A DNA stretch of 64,000 nt from positions 23,312,001 to 23,376,000 of the forward strand of contig CP158635.1 in assembly GCA_050273025.1 (NCBI GenBank), written 5' to 3'. Below, piece by piece: positions 24,802-38,300 of the stretch. Below the pieces are notes generated by a model. That model was not told the DNA's origin, searched no databases, and saw nothing but the letters and a program-made list of their open reading frames with translations. Made by a program: the position numbers and the translations under genes. How positions within the stretch are numbered: position 1 is the first letter of the stretch; each line of letters begins with the position of its first letter. Source of the DNA: Cenococcum geophilum. Taxonomy: Eukaryota.

Positions 24802-25364
24802 TACTCCCCTGCTATATCATTGACCCGAGGTACAAGTGGTCTATATATTCGGGTCCTAGATTTCAAACTTCGCCAAGTCGGCTTCTGATTGGTTCAAAAA
24901 AACTTGCGGACGGTAAGTCGTGGCAGAATTCACGTGACGAACATCAAAATATTGGAACATCAAAATATTATAAACATACCTTTTTGTTAACGTCTTTGTT
25001 AATATCTCTATTAATACCACTATATATGCCGTAAATATAGTAGACCTTACTATAATTAAGTGTAGCAAGTACTATATCTATAAGCCCCGCCTTAACTTTA
25101 TTAAAGATAGCCCTTTAAAGAAGCTTTTAAAGCTATGCCAGTTATATCGGTCAAAGGCGCGTATTCCCTATATACTACTTCTACTTCTACTTACCTTTCT
25201 AGGCCTCCAAATATAATTCAAATAAGCGGAGAGCTCTTATAGAGTTAGGTTCTACTACTAAGAATTATCCTACAAGGCGCTAGCAAACTGCTCTACCTAA
25301 AAACAATACTAAGAACGCCTTCGCCTTCCTACCTCGCGACCAGAATAGCCAAGATACCCCTAAA

Positions 25365-28300
25365 ATAGCTTAACGGCGGAAGACAATTAGGGCAATACAA
25401 CGGGAGCACCACATTCTTAATCGGTGGGGTAAAGCTCACTTACCTACTCCTCCGCTATATACTATAGATAAAGCTCTATACAGTAGAAGAGGCACTCCAG
25501 ATGGCCCAAATACGTCCTTATTAGAACTAGCTCCTATACCTACTCCAACTACGGCTACACCACTACCTGTTTCGGCTGTCGATTAGGAGCAAATTAAGAA
25601 GTTTAGGAGTATACTATAGGCTAAATATATAGAGACGTGCAGTTATTATAAGGAGCGGTGGTTCTAAATAGGCCTAGCTATAAAGGGTAATAATATAGGT
25701 GTATATAAAGCCTGCATTAAGGACGCTAATAGTCTTAAGGATCTAACCCTTTTTCCCTTATTTAGTGAAAGTAACGGGCTCAATCCGGGGCCTGTTCCTG
25801 GCTTCCTACCTATACTTACCGCGGTAGAGGAGCTTCTAATTGCGCGCGTATACGTTCATCTACAAGTCGTGCGTGTACGCGGCCAGTAATATCGCTATAC
25901 TAGCCACGTCTACTACTTTAGCCAGAACACACTAAAGACTTAGACGCAGCTACTACAGCTACCTACTAAACTTAATATACTAGTTATAAGGCCTACGGCA
26001 GTAGATGGTAGTAAATACCTAAGTTAATAGTTTACCAAACGGTATACTATAAGGCGCTCTGCTATATTACTGTAGCTTTACTTTCTAAAAGTTAATTATC
26101 TTAATTATCGCGACGTTAAAATATATAGCACCCGACTTACCAGCTTACCCAAAAATAGCTCTATATTAGATTAGCTACCTTATATTAATAAGCCGGAGTC
26201 AGATTCTAGTAGCCTAACAGCTTAGCTTACTCCTAAATCACAGGCTACGTTGGCTTCTACAAGCAATTCTACTCCTATGCAACATCCTCCTATTATTAAT
26301 CCTCTACCTATCAAGCTTAGCAGTAATATACTAGATAGCGAATTTAATAACAACATACTAGATACTTTAGTTCCTAATCTAGTACCTAGCCTTAATAAAT
26401 TAGAGCTTTTAAGTCGCGAGGTTTAACACTAATAAGACCTACGAGCGGGCCTAGAGGTTCCTACTATGCGGCAGACGCCTCTCTCTAAGTAATCAGCTAG
26501 TTTTATTATACACAGCGCCTTTCCTACTCTATTTCCTTATAGCAAAGCCGATTTTAATATACCACAAGGCCGTATAGTTACCCTAACTGCGTACGCCAAG
26601 TATATACTTAAGTATCAGGACGGTCGGTTTGGCCGCCACCCCTTATTTCACTACTATATGTTTAATTAGATTATAAGAGAGCAAGCCCTTAGCGCTACCC
26701 GCTTCCTTTACGGCTAATTAAATAAGAATAGTCTATCTTTAGATAAGCTTAGTAATCTTATAAATAGTAATAGGGGTAGCTAGTTAGTAAATAAGATTAT
26801 ACGGCATGTATGGAACCTTAAGGGCACTAGACCTTACTAGAGGCAGAAGAGAAATAAGCTTACGGCCTATACTAAGAATATTAAGAGCAGGTCTCTATTC
26901 TTTACACTAAGCGCTACTAATCTACATTAGTATAATCTACACTCTTATATACCTCTATTTAATAAATATAAGGCTACTAATAAGGCTCAGCGCTACTAGA
27001 TTACTTCTTAAAATCTTAATAATAATCCGCACATTGCTACTTACTGGCTGTATCGCTGCTTTGATTTATTTAGGAAGCACGTACTTATAGGCCTATTTAA
27101 TAGCACTAACTTTTAGTCCTAATATAAGTAGTAGGTATAAGGTAGCGGCTATATATATAGCTTCTTATAGAGTTCAACAGCCCTAAGGCCAGATCCGTTA
27201 GCTAGTAAGTTAAGGGCGGCTTTTACTAAGTACTAGAATACTTTTATATCCGCAATTAATCCTAATTAATCTAGGCCTCCTAATCTCTAATATCCTTTTG
27301 CTCTCAGCTATAAAGAACAGGTTAACACTAGTAAGCTTCTTACTACCTACCTTAATCAATTTCAACAGCACCGCAATTACACTAAATCTTACTACTTAAG
27401 ATTAAAGAAAGGCTCCACTAAAGCAAAGGAGTACCGCTTCTATTTTCCACGCTCTCTCTAGAATAAGGCCGCTATATTAAAGGATCAAAATCTATATCAC
27501 TAGACATTCTATCCATAGCGTAATAATAAGCTTCTTAATAGTTACAATGCAGCTATAATATTAGCGTAGATGGCAAATATTAATACGTCACCCGCTATAA
27601 GCATATTAGTAATAGTTAACTATATAGGCAAATATTGCAGTAAGGAAGAAAAAAAGTTAACTTCCTACCAGGAGTTACTCCAATTAGTACAGCCGCACGC
27701 CAATAGCCTTTATACCTTTAGTTTGGTTATAGCTAGGTTTATAAATAAGCTTATTACTAAACACAATTAGTTAGCGTAGGAGGTATATTATTTACTTCTT
27801 AACCTTCCCCTTTATAAAGGCTCTAGGAATATAGTAACTTTAGATTACTACTAGAAGGATAATTAAAGTGCTATATATAAGCTTACAGATAGGCAACTAA
27901 GAGGGTATAGACTGTCTAACTATAAGAAATATAAGCGCCGTCCAGATAGGGTAGAGGACGTTACTTTCCTCAACTTTCTCCTTTATTTCAATTACTCTAC
28001 TTATAAGCGTTAACTAAGAGTAAGGCCTTGAGTTATATCGTACTTTCCGCGATATAAAGGCGATCCTTCCTATCCGCAGTATCCTAATTTCTACCGCATA
28101 AAGCTCATTCTTCATCACCTATAGAGGAAGTATGAGAAAGTAGCTACTTATACTAATAGATTTGGGGCCCCTAATTATATGGCTTCCTATTAGGCTTATA
28201 TTAACTCTTATTAGCATCTACCTAACTACTTCTACAATCGGAAACTAGAGGAAGGTTATAAAACTACTAATAATATTAATAAGTTTAAGGGCGATTTCGT

Positions 28301-29980
28301 AAACGACTTAGAGCTATACTAGTCCTTTAAGGCCCTATATACCCGCGTTTAAAATACCAATAAAGTTAAAATTAAGGATTCTAACAGGCTTAGTAATAGG
28401 GAGCTTAATTATAACTACGACTGGGGTACGCATTGGGGTACGTACCCGCAGCTTAATAAGAGGACTTATTGGCAGGAAATACGGCTATAGCCTCTACTAT
28501 AGAGCCGCCTATCCTAAATCGCAACTCCATCCTCCTTATAACCAGGTTAGCGTCATATTTATAATATTATAGTTAATCACTATAGGCAGATCTAAGTGGG
28601 CCTTAGCCCTCCCCTACTACGGATTAACGTTAATAGAGAGGCAGGAACCAGCAAATCACATCTTATTACTATTCTCTCTACTACACTCTGCGATATAGCA
28701 AGGGCTAATAGCAAGCCGTCGCCATTAGCTTAAGCGGCCCCTACTAGGGTAGCTGCCTTTAATATTAATAGCAGAACTACGTACAATCTATTAAGGTTAC
28801 CGGTAAATCGTCCATTTAAGGAATTACCTATTACCAGTCTTACGCCTCTACAACAGGTTTTTAAGGATATTCACTATCTCGTCCTTAACGAGAAATCTAT
28901 AATTAGGCAAGTACATCTAGCCTAGATTAATCGCCGCCTCTATTAGATATACCCTACGCGTAATAATAACTACTTTAGAGGCTTAAACATCTTACTAGTA
29001 GGCGATTTCCATTAGCTTCCCCCTATAGGTTAGGCGGCCTTATACAGCAATCTACCCGCTAGGCCGTTAGAGCTTGCTAGCTATAGAAAGGGAGCCTATA
29101 AGGCGATTGACCAAACTGCTGTCCTAGATTAAGTTATACGGCAGGGCGGTAATGACGCTAAAAGCTCTGCATTTAGGACCGCCCTTATGGAGCTTTGTAG
29201 TAATTCTATAAGTAATTTAACCTAGAAGCTTCTTTTAACTAGGTATAAGCAGGGCCTACCTACTAACGAGGTTACGGGCTTTAATAACGCAATTTGGCTA
29301 TATAGTATACGCGCTGCTATAGGTAAGTATAATACTATTTGGCTTCGCGACCTTTTATAGCCGGTAGTAGCTATTAAGTCAGTTAATACTGGTATAGGTG
29401 CGCGGAAAGCTACGTCCAATTAGTGCAGTACTATAGAGAATTTAGCCCTATATATTGGCGCGAAAGTAATGCTAATATAGAATATCTGGATTAAACTAGG
29501 CTTAGTAAACGGTACTACTAGTACAGTTAAAGATGTCGTATAGAAGGAATACGCGGATATTAAAAAGGATTAGCCCCAGTCACTACTTATTACGGTAGAT
29601 AGGTACAACAAACCTACCCTATTTACTTAGCAGGATAATAAGAAAGTCGTCCCTATATTTTCTGTGCTTTATAAATAGGAGGGTATAAGAGGCTCTTACT
29701 TATAGCATTAATTTCCAATTACTCTAGCTTTTACTCTTACCATACATAAAAGCCAGAGCCTAATACTTAACTAAGTAGTTTTAGATATTAAGGAAAAGGA
29801 TAAGACAGCTAGGCTAACCTATATAGCAATCTTATAAGTTAAGAAGCTTTTAGGGCTTATATTTAAACGTAGGTTTAATATAGAACGATTTTAGTTATCT
29901 ATAAGTAGGACCAAAGAGGTATAACAAGAAGATTTTATACGGAGGTAGCAGCAACTACTTATAAACAACTTTTCCTAGAT
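25365..29980 (+). pseudogene. Helitron RepHel (DUF6570-like region, Helitron N domain, HUH Rep, PIF1 helicase), RIPed; no obvious C-terminal endonuclease
   Basis: LTAVEELLIARV near 25815, AFPTLFP near 26515, L(R)GTRPY(W) near 26820, Y(E)(W)(Q)..GSG(H)I(H) near 27125, YIGKYCSK at 27621, (G)EAGT(G)KS near 28635, LVL(D)EKS near 28880, GDFH(Q)LPP at 29001, I(H)KSQ(G)L near 29742. The end is approximate. Confidence 0.9.
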
Positions 29981-30708
29981 AGGAAATTATGTACTAGCTC
30001 AGAGGTAAGCAAAGAATGCGGCATTTATCTTAGTTTCCTAACTTTTAAATAGCTTAACCGCGAAATCCAATTTTCTAAATTTTAACCCCCTTATCCGTCC
30101 TACCTTCTTACCGCTTCTGGAGCTGTTAGATATACATACAATAGTATATAAAGAGAATTGGCAGTGTTGCCAGATTAATATTACTGCTATCTATAGCATT
30201 AATCGATTTTTAGAATTTTTTAATTTTTTTAAACGGCGGAAATGTCGCTTATATAAGAAGTCACGTGACCTCTAAGAATATATAGATAATTACAACAATT
30301 CCTAACTAAGAACCCTCTTTCCAACCTTATAGCCTTACTTAAACTACTTCTACCACCTTTATAGTATCTTAAGCTTCTTTACCTATTAAATAAATAGATA
30401 ATTAACCCCAGTTAACAAACGTACCTAACTAATAAATAAACTAACGAATTAAATTAAAAGTTCGGAATGTCTAAATAAGGTTCTGTAAATACGCTAGCTA
30501 GACCCTAACCTAGACCCTTTCTAACCTATTAAATTCTAAAAATAACAACCTCTACCGAATTAAAAATCAACCTCAAATATTTAAGGCGTCTCTACTACTA
30601 TAGTAGCCACTACAGTAACAGAGACACCCCGTATTTTAGTAAGCAATTAAGCCTATCCTATACAAGAATCTCATGCTATTAGTACTTACTAAATCACGTG
30701 CTTACAGG

Positions 30709-31455
30709 GCCTCCTATCTATAAATACTCCCTCCTCTACACCTTCCTTTCTTCTTTTCTTCTTCCTTATAGGGGCTAGAGGTGCTCTAATACTCCTCCCT
30801 AGTCCCTACTAAGAGATCTATTAGTTAATATAGTAATATAGATAGCATCGGATAAGGAGACGGGCGAGAGAAAAAACAGGAAGGACTAAGGAGCCTCTGG
30901 TAAGTATTAGTCAAGCAATATTAATAGCTATATTATAGCTGCCTAATCTCCTATACTTATAGGCCTCCTCCCATCTATAAATACTCCCTCCTTTACACCT
31001 TCCTCTCTTCTTTTCTTCTTCCCTATAAGAGCTAGAGGTGCTCCAATACCCCTCCCTAGTCCCCACTAAGGGATCTATTAGTCGACGTGGCAATATAGAC
31101 AGCATCGGACGACGAGACGGGCGAGAGAGGACAGGAAGGACGGAGGAGCCTCTAGTAAGTATTAGTTAAGCAACGTTACTAGCTATATTATAGCTGCCTA
31201 ATCTCCTATACTCGCTGGCCTCCTCCCGTCTATAAATACTCCCTCCTCTATACCTTCCTCTCCTCTTTTCTTCTTCTTTAGGAGCTGGATATGCTCTAAT
31301 ACTCCTCCTTAGTCCCTACTAAGGGATCTATTAGTTAATATAGCAATATAGATAGTATTGGATAAGGAGACAATAGGTAAAAAAAAAGATAGGAAGGACG
31401 GAGGAACCTCCGGTACGTATTAGTTGAGCAATATTAACGGCTAGTTTTTGTTACC
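30709..31455 (+). repeat. Three ~255-bp tandem units inside a ~1.2-kb segment (30285-31491) missing from Helitron copy 1
   Basis: The unit GCCTCC..TATAAATACTCCCTCC...GGAGCCTCTGGTAAGTATTAG... repeats at ~30709, ~30963 and ~31218. The segment is flanked by AATATATA (30277-30284 / 31492-31499). Confidence 0.85.
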
Positions 31456-34400
31456 TAAAGATTATGTTATATGATGACATTTGGGAACACAAATATATAC
31501 CCCATCCCGTACTTATACTACTACTAAATATTCTAGATTTCGCACTCGGAGCTACTTATAATAGGCATTCCTAGAATATCTACCAGTTTAAAGCTCTATA
31601 ATTAAACGTTATTAACGTTTTATATAGGGGTCGTCAATTAAGCTCCCAGGATATAATTTTTAAAGTTTAATACTATACTACTATTATAACCTTCTTGCAG
31701 TGGCCAAGCCACCCCTAATCTCCTCCCCTTCCTCCCCTACCTCCCTCCCTCTTATTACTCGGCACTAAGCCATTACGTTATTGCCAAGCCATTGCGTCGT
31801 CGTATATCCGAACTAGTAGGCAACGACGTAGTTAATCAATTATGTCAGGCGTCGCTACTATAGCCGCACCGCCTCTGCCCTTTAGGGGGAGGGGTCTCGG
31901 CATACCGTTATATCTCTTCTTACACGCGTGTTTAATTAAGTTGGGGTAGTAAACTTTAATTCTAGCTATGCGGCGATTTAGTTTTTAGGCATTAAAAATA
32001 TTTAGTATATAAAGTTTTAAATTAGAATTATAATCTACTATATCAGATCCTATATAGAGGGCTCTATATTAAAGCTCTACAGTTTAAATATATACTAGAT
32101 TTGTAACCAATATAACCTTTAAGCCTAGTTCGAGTAGGGCGCCTTAGTCACTATAGTAGGTCCTTACCTAGCGGTAACTAAGGCGCCTTATTCTTACTAC
32201 TACTTCTAAATTAAGCACAAGCTCTATATAGGGGGGTCCTAGAGGGTATCCCCCTGGAAAACCTCATCTCTATATATATTAATTAAAGTCTATATAGTAA
32301 AGCTCTACATTACAAACTCGGGTCAAAATTTTAGTTGGGGGGCCAACTATCCGCATGTTAGATATTAGAAGCTCTTCGACGTTTGGGACCATAAAACGGA
32401 AATTCCACCTAAAATGACCATCGTATCCTACTTAGGCCTTAAGGACTGGCGTTCCGGGAGTTCGGCCGAGAAGGGGTAGGTACCGCGTTATGTCCTAATG
32501 TCGACCTAAATCGGAGTTCCTTACTACCATCGTAATACTATCTAACGACCTAGATCGTCTATACGAACTATATCTCAGTTGTCTCGTATCTTAAGCTCGT
32601 ATGTCTTATCGAACGTCTTATTACCTATTTCTCTTAACTATGACCTACTAAATGACGACGTTATTATTATTATATTTGGACCTACCTAATGTATATAAGA
32701 GAGCTTTTAGAGCCCTCTTTAATAAACAAAGTTCTTATTCCTAATTGTCCGTTTAATAGTTATAAGCCCGGGCCGTTTACTGCATTATCTTTAATTCCAA
32801 AGCCTTTATTCCTATTAATTTTAATTATTATCTTAATTTTAGACAACTACCTATAATGACTTCTTAATAAGAAACCCCTTCCGTTATTATATTATCCGTT
32901 ATCCTTATAAGCCTAAATAATTGGGATAAATGGATTAAGGTTATTAAGTTAAAAGTGAATAATAATCGTTTCTGGAAGTATGTTAACCTATTAACACCTA
33001 AGACCGATCTGCTATAGCTTAAAGAACCTATTCGTGCCTTATCTAAGGATGCTAATAGCTAGGGGAAGACGAAGCTCGCGGATTTAGATAAGGAGGAGAA
33101 GGAGAAGCTCCGTACTCTTAAAGCAGACTATAGGGACAATATAAAGCTATACAGAAAATAGCTGTTAGCTCTTAATATGTTACGCAGCTATATCCTAAGC
33201 TCTATCTCATATACCTACCTTATCTACACGTTTAAATGCACTACTACCTATAACGTCTTGGTATCTCTTAAGAAGAGAATTACTCCGACTAACTATGCCT
33301 AAAAGCTTTAAATAGCCACCTAATATATAAGGCTTAAGAAGGCGCCTTAGAACTAAAACTTTAAGGTCTAGTTATAAGAGTAGGAGAAGGTATATACTAA
33401 GTGTAAGGAGCAAGCTCTACCTAAGGTAGATGGTAATTATTTAGTAAAAGACTTCGTATACGCAGTTAAATTAATTATACTAAGCTAGTTAGAATATTAG
33501 AAGAATGAGCTTAATAAGCGTAAGTGGGAGAAGAAGATGCTTTCTACCTTCTTCGAACTGGTTAAAATATACTAAAACCACCGTCGTACGGACCTTGCCT
33601 AGAAGGGTAAAACCCCATAAGGAGGATTATTTGGAGTCACCTTTAAAGATAAGTTACTAAATTTAAAGCCTAAATTAAAGCCTTAATCATTAGCAGATAA
33701 GTAGAAGAAGGAAAGGCAATTACCGCTAGAGTGCCTATATAGAAAACGTTACTACTTTAATAAGTACTAGTATATCGTAGAGTCGATTCCTTACCTATTA
33801 TAGTTTAAACTAAATAATAAAATTTAGAAGATGGTGGATAAGAAGATTGCTAATATAACGCCCGAAATTAAGGCTTATATTAAGCAAATTAAAAAGGATG
33901 ATTAAGCTAATAAGAAGGACGATCGAGCTAATAAAAAGCCAAAGGATAGTAACTAGTAAAGCCCTTAAGAGCCCTATAGAAACTTTGCAGTTTATTATAT
34001 AGGAGCTAATAATATAGCTTCTAATTATAAGCTTTACGATAGTATAATTCTTAACTTAGGAACTAGCCTATACGTCTTTAACAATAGAGCTAGGTTTATT
34101 AGCGATATTAAGCCTATATTAGAACGCGTCTATATAGGCTCGTATATAGAAGAAATCGTAGGCTATAGTATAGCTGCAGTTACGATTAATAACCTAAAAG
34201 GGAAGAGATAGATATAGCTCTTAGGAGCAGCCTTTATACTAGGCTTCTATACTAACTTAGTATGTTTTAATAAGCTTAATAATAAGGGAGTTTACTAGAA
34301 TAATAAAGAGATTACTTTCTTCTATAGTAACGACGAGACGTACGCCTACTGTGGCCACTACTATGGTTAGAATACTATTAAATATAATAAGCCAAAAAGT

Positions 34401-35341
34401 GACTTACCTAAGGCTTTATTTGCGACACAATTAAAGCCAATAAAGTATTTATTAAAGCCTCTGCTAAATTAGGTAAAAGGCCATATATAGCACTAGCGAT
34501 TAGGCTATACAGGAAAAGACGTAATTAAGTAACTACCTTAGTTGGTAACGGGCGCAATTATAAAAGGCCTGACAATAGTAGAATGCGAATTATATAGAGT
34601 AAGTAAAGCTTATAAGGTAATATTAAGAAGACCACTAACTTAGTTACTGGTTCCTTTCTATAGAATCCACCTTAATTTAATACCCGGAATAGTTATATTT
34701 AATAGCGGTAAGTATGTAGTATACTTCCTTAATAACGCGACGCGAATAAATAAGGTAGAGATAATGGCTAAGAAGTCGTCCCTTACCTAAATTGTTATTA
34801 ATTATTGCAATATTATTAAACGACGATATAGCTTTAAGGTAGCCATTATCCATATAAATGGGAAACATCTCTTATAGGCGAATTTAAGGAATAAGCAGCT
34901 AAATAAGGAATTAGTCTTAAAAAATTAGCACCTAATACTTAATTATAGAACGGTCTAGTAAAACAATCTAGGGGGGTAATTATACAGAAGGCTTAGTGTA
35001 TAAAAATTGAGGCCTATTTACTAGAGGAGCTATATCCTAAAGTCTATAACGCAGCTACCTATCTACTTAATTAAACGCCTAGTAGAAGACTTAGGTGGTA
35101 GATACCTTTTAAAAGAATCTAGTTAGCTATAGGTATATTACTACTAAAACTAAATATAGGTCACCTATAAGTCTATAACTGTAGGGCCTACCCTTTTAAA
35201 TATAATATTCTATGCCTAAATAAGCTCGCGTTAAGGGCCTATATAGGATATCTAGTAGGGTATAATTTAATAAATATATTCCAAATCTATATTTATAGTT
35301 AGAAGAAAGTTATTAAAACAAGAGATATAAAGTTTAATAAG

Positions 35342-38300
35342 TGTAACGGAACCTTGTAGCAAGAACTACAATAGGCTCGTTATTGGGCTAGGTGTGTAGG
35401 AAATGCAAGTATAAAAGTCAACAACGTAATAACAACTAGTGGAGTGGTTGCCCAACAGATTAACTCTAATTATATTCTGAGAATTACTACAAGGAAGGAA
35501 CTATCTAGGTAGGGACTAAGGGTCCTTAAATACACAACCGTACTCCTATAAAATCCTTCTTATATGTAATATACGTCTTATACATAAGGTACGTAAGTTC
35601 CTCTTACTCCTCTTATTTAATACGTAGCATATTATATAACCTTGGTTACTATTCCTTATTACATAGTTCTACCGGTTCCATTATGGACTGTGCCTAAATT
35701 AACTAACTAGCTTCTTCCGTCTCTTCTCTAAGTAGTTATAACATTATACTTAAAGCGTCCGTAATACTATCTCCCTCCTCTTTATCTTCGTCCTTAAAGA
35801 TTTAAAACATCTCTAAGTTGTTTACTAGAGGTATAATATCCGTTTAATTAATTTGGTTAATATTATTGCTTATTATACCTAAAGCAATTTCTTCTTTATA
35901 TGCCCAACGTCGTGCTCGCACTATTGCTGTAATACTATCTCTTAGTAAGATTATGCCGTCTCCATATTCTCGTTGTTTGAAAGAGGGGTTGGTTTATATT
36001 ACGTTGGCGAACCCATCTTTGCGATAACCGTCCTCTTACTTAGAATATACTAAAGCGAATGTTTATTTGTCCTATAACATTCGCTCTACTTTTAATACTA
36101 AATATACGCGACCTATTACTCTTAATAGTCGTCTAGTTCCCTAATTGATTTGTTTTAGGGTTTTGTATTTAATCTACTACTGCGTAGCTAGATGGTAAAC
36201 TATCGTAAGCCCTTACTAAGTTAGAACGTTCCCATAACGCGGAATAGAAGGCCTTAGATGCTTAAATCGCGGCATTTGCTTGTCTGCTTCGTCTTAAAAA
36301 GGTTTATAAGAAGGTTTATTCTAAGGAGTAGAAGCTTATAGAATAAGGTTTATAGAAACTAGGTAATAAAAGAACGGATTCTCCTCCAATAAAGAAGGAA
36401 ATAGATCCGAGTAGTTCGGCAACTGCTCTTCTTAGGTCCCCCTTAGGTAACTTATTCTTTAGCGATCCTTCTTTATTAATACTACCTAACCTAATCTCTT
36501 CTAATACTCCTATACCTTTCTTATAGCATTCTTTAAATTCTCTAGTAGCTCCTAGGTAGTCTTAGTGTAGCCTATCCACTTAACCTCGTACTATATTTTG
36601 TCGTTGATGTCCTTATAACTAACGATCCTTAAAACTTACTATTTGTCTTCTTCTTATCCTCTATATATGTCTGCTTTATAAACCGGTGGCTTAACATTCC
36701 TATATACTAGCTCTAGCATTGTAATATGCTATATAGGGTAGATCTTTATTTTGGCTGGTAGGTTTAACTTAAACGTAACTAATAAAATCCTCTACGTAAT
36801 TTCGAAAGGTCCTAGTTTAACATAGTCTAATTTCTTACTTAATCATTAACTCTTAAAATTTTTATATAGTAGCCATACTTTATCTCCCTCCTTAAGATCT
36901 AGTCCCTTAGATCTCTTAGCATTATAGTACCTTTTTATTCTCTTTTATACTTTCTTTACTCATTCTATAAGGTCTATATAAAGATTTATTAACGTCTTTA
37001 TTCTTTCTTTAGCTGTACTACTTATTTTTTTTACTTGCCGTAATAACAACGATATCCTTAGCTTATATCCGTAATTTGCCTTAAATAGTAATATGCCTAT
37101 CCCTTCTTAAGGTATTGCATTGTATACAAACTGTATAACTAGTAATAATAATACCTAATTATTCTGTACGTAATTAATATAATGCCTTAAATACTATTCT
37201 AGTATCTAATTTAGTCTTTCTATTTAACCGTCTGTCTGTAGATAATATACGGTAAAAGTTGCTGCTTAAACTTCTTACTCCGCTAAAAATACTTCCTAGA
37301 ATACTGCTATAAATCTTAGATCTCTATCTAATATAATCTTACTTAGTGCTCTATATCTTATAAATACTTCTTTAACATAAATTCTAGCGACATCTTCCGC
37401 TAAGATTTCTTTTATATACGCTATAAAGTATCCCCACTTTATAAGCTTATCCACTATTACTAAGATTACGTTATAATCTTATCCAGTAATAGGATCTTTT
37501 AATTTTGGCAACTTAATAATAAAGTCCTATAATATAACCTCCTATGGTCTTTCTAGTATTTTAATAGGTTATAGCCCTCCATATAGCTTATGCCTTATCG
37601 GTTTATTCCTTTAGCAATTTAGATATTCCTTTATAACTTTTCTAGCTATCCTCTAAATTCTATTAATAATGTACTCCTCCTAAAGCCTTAACACTAAGCT
37701 CGTAGCTCCATTATATCCTTAAGTTAGTCCCTTATAGAAGTCTTCCACGAACTACTCTGCTATACTTCTTGGGATATACTTTACTTCTTAATTTTTATAT
37801 ATATCCGTTTATAGATCTTCTAGCTATACTTTTAGAATTCTTTATACCCAAAAGCTTTCTAGTGTCTCGTAAACTTTCTCTAGTTTGTTATCTTCTTAAG
37901 TTGCTATAATTTTCGGATAATTATACCTAATTAATCCGTCTATATCTTTTCGCAATAAAGCCCCTAATGGCTTTTCCTTATTTTATAGCTCAGCTTTACA
38001 GCTTAGAGCATCTACTTGCGTATTATCTATACCTTTAGTATACTAAATCTTGAAATAGTATTCTGTAAGCATCTCTACCCATCTAACCTATCTTTAGTTA
38101 AGTTCCTTTATTGTTAGGAATCCTATTAGGTTCTTATAATCCGTCTTAACTATAAATAGTTTCTCTATACCTTATAAGAATGCTCTTTATTCCTTTAATG
38201 CTATAACTATACCTAGCAACTCCTTATTATAGATATTATAGTTTAACTCTAGTGGTGTTATCTTCCGACTGTAGTATGCCACTGGGTGCTATCTATCTTA

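Larger units (their letters stand above)
24817..32350 (+). mobile_element. Helitron copy 2, apparently complete, with Helitron2/Helentron-like ends
   Basis: Homology with copy 1 starts at TCATTGACCCGAGG. The inverted copy CTCGGGTCAA at 32317-32326 is followed by hairpin TAGTTGG-GGGG-CCAACTA at 32332-32349. RepHel lies inside. Confidence 0.8.

Noticed and set aside
13377..24816. Starship-type giant element
   Set aside because: The cargo is suggestive, but no DUF3435 tyrosine-recombinase captain or element boundary is visible in this window.
24518..25068. ORFs on both strands starting MDRARNTKNQNRKYAYF
   Set aside because: These are mirror-image artefacts of the 184-bp palindrome running into the Helitron end. 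They have non-ATG starts and no protein features.
32356..32498. TGTTAG-starting segment as the copia A 5' LTR start
   Set aside because: The 3' LTR after the PPT matches from 32499, not 32356. This piece may be flank or another interrupted LTR and cannot be resolved here.
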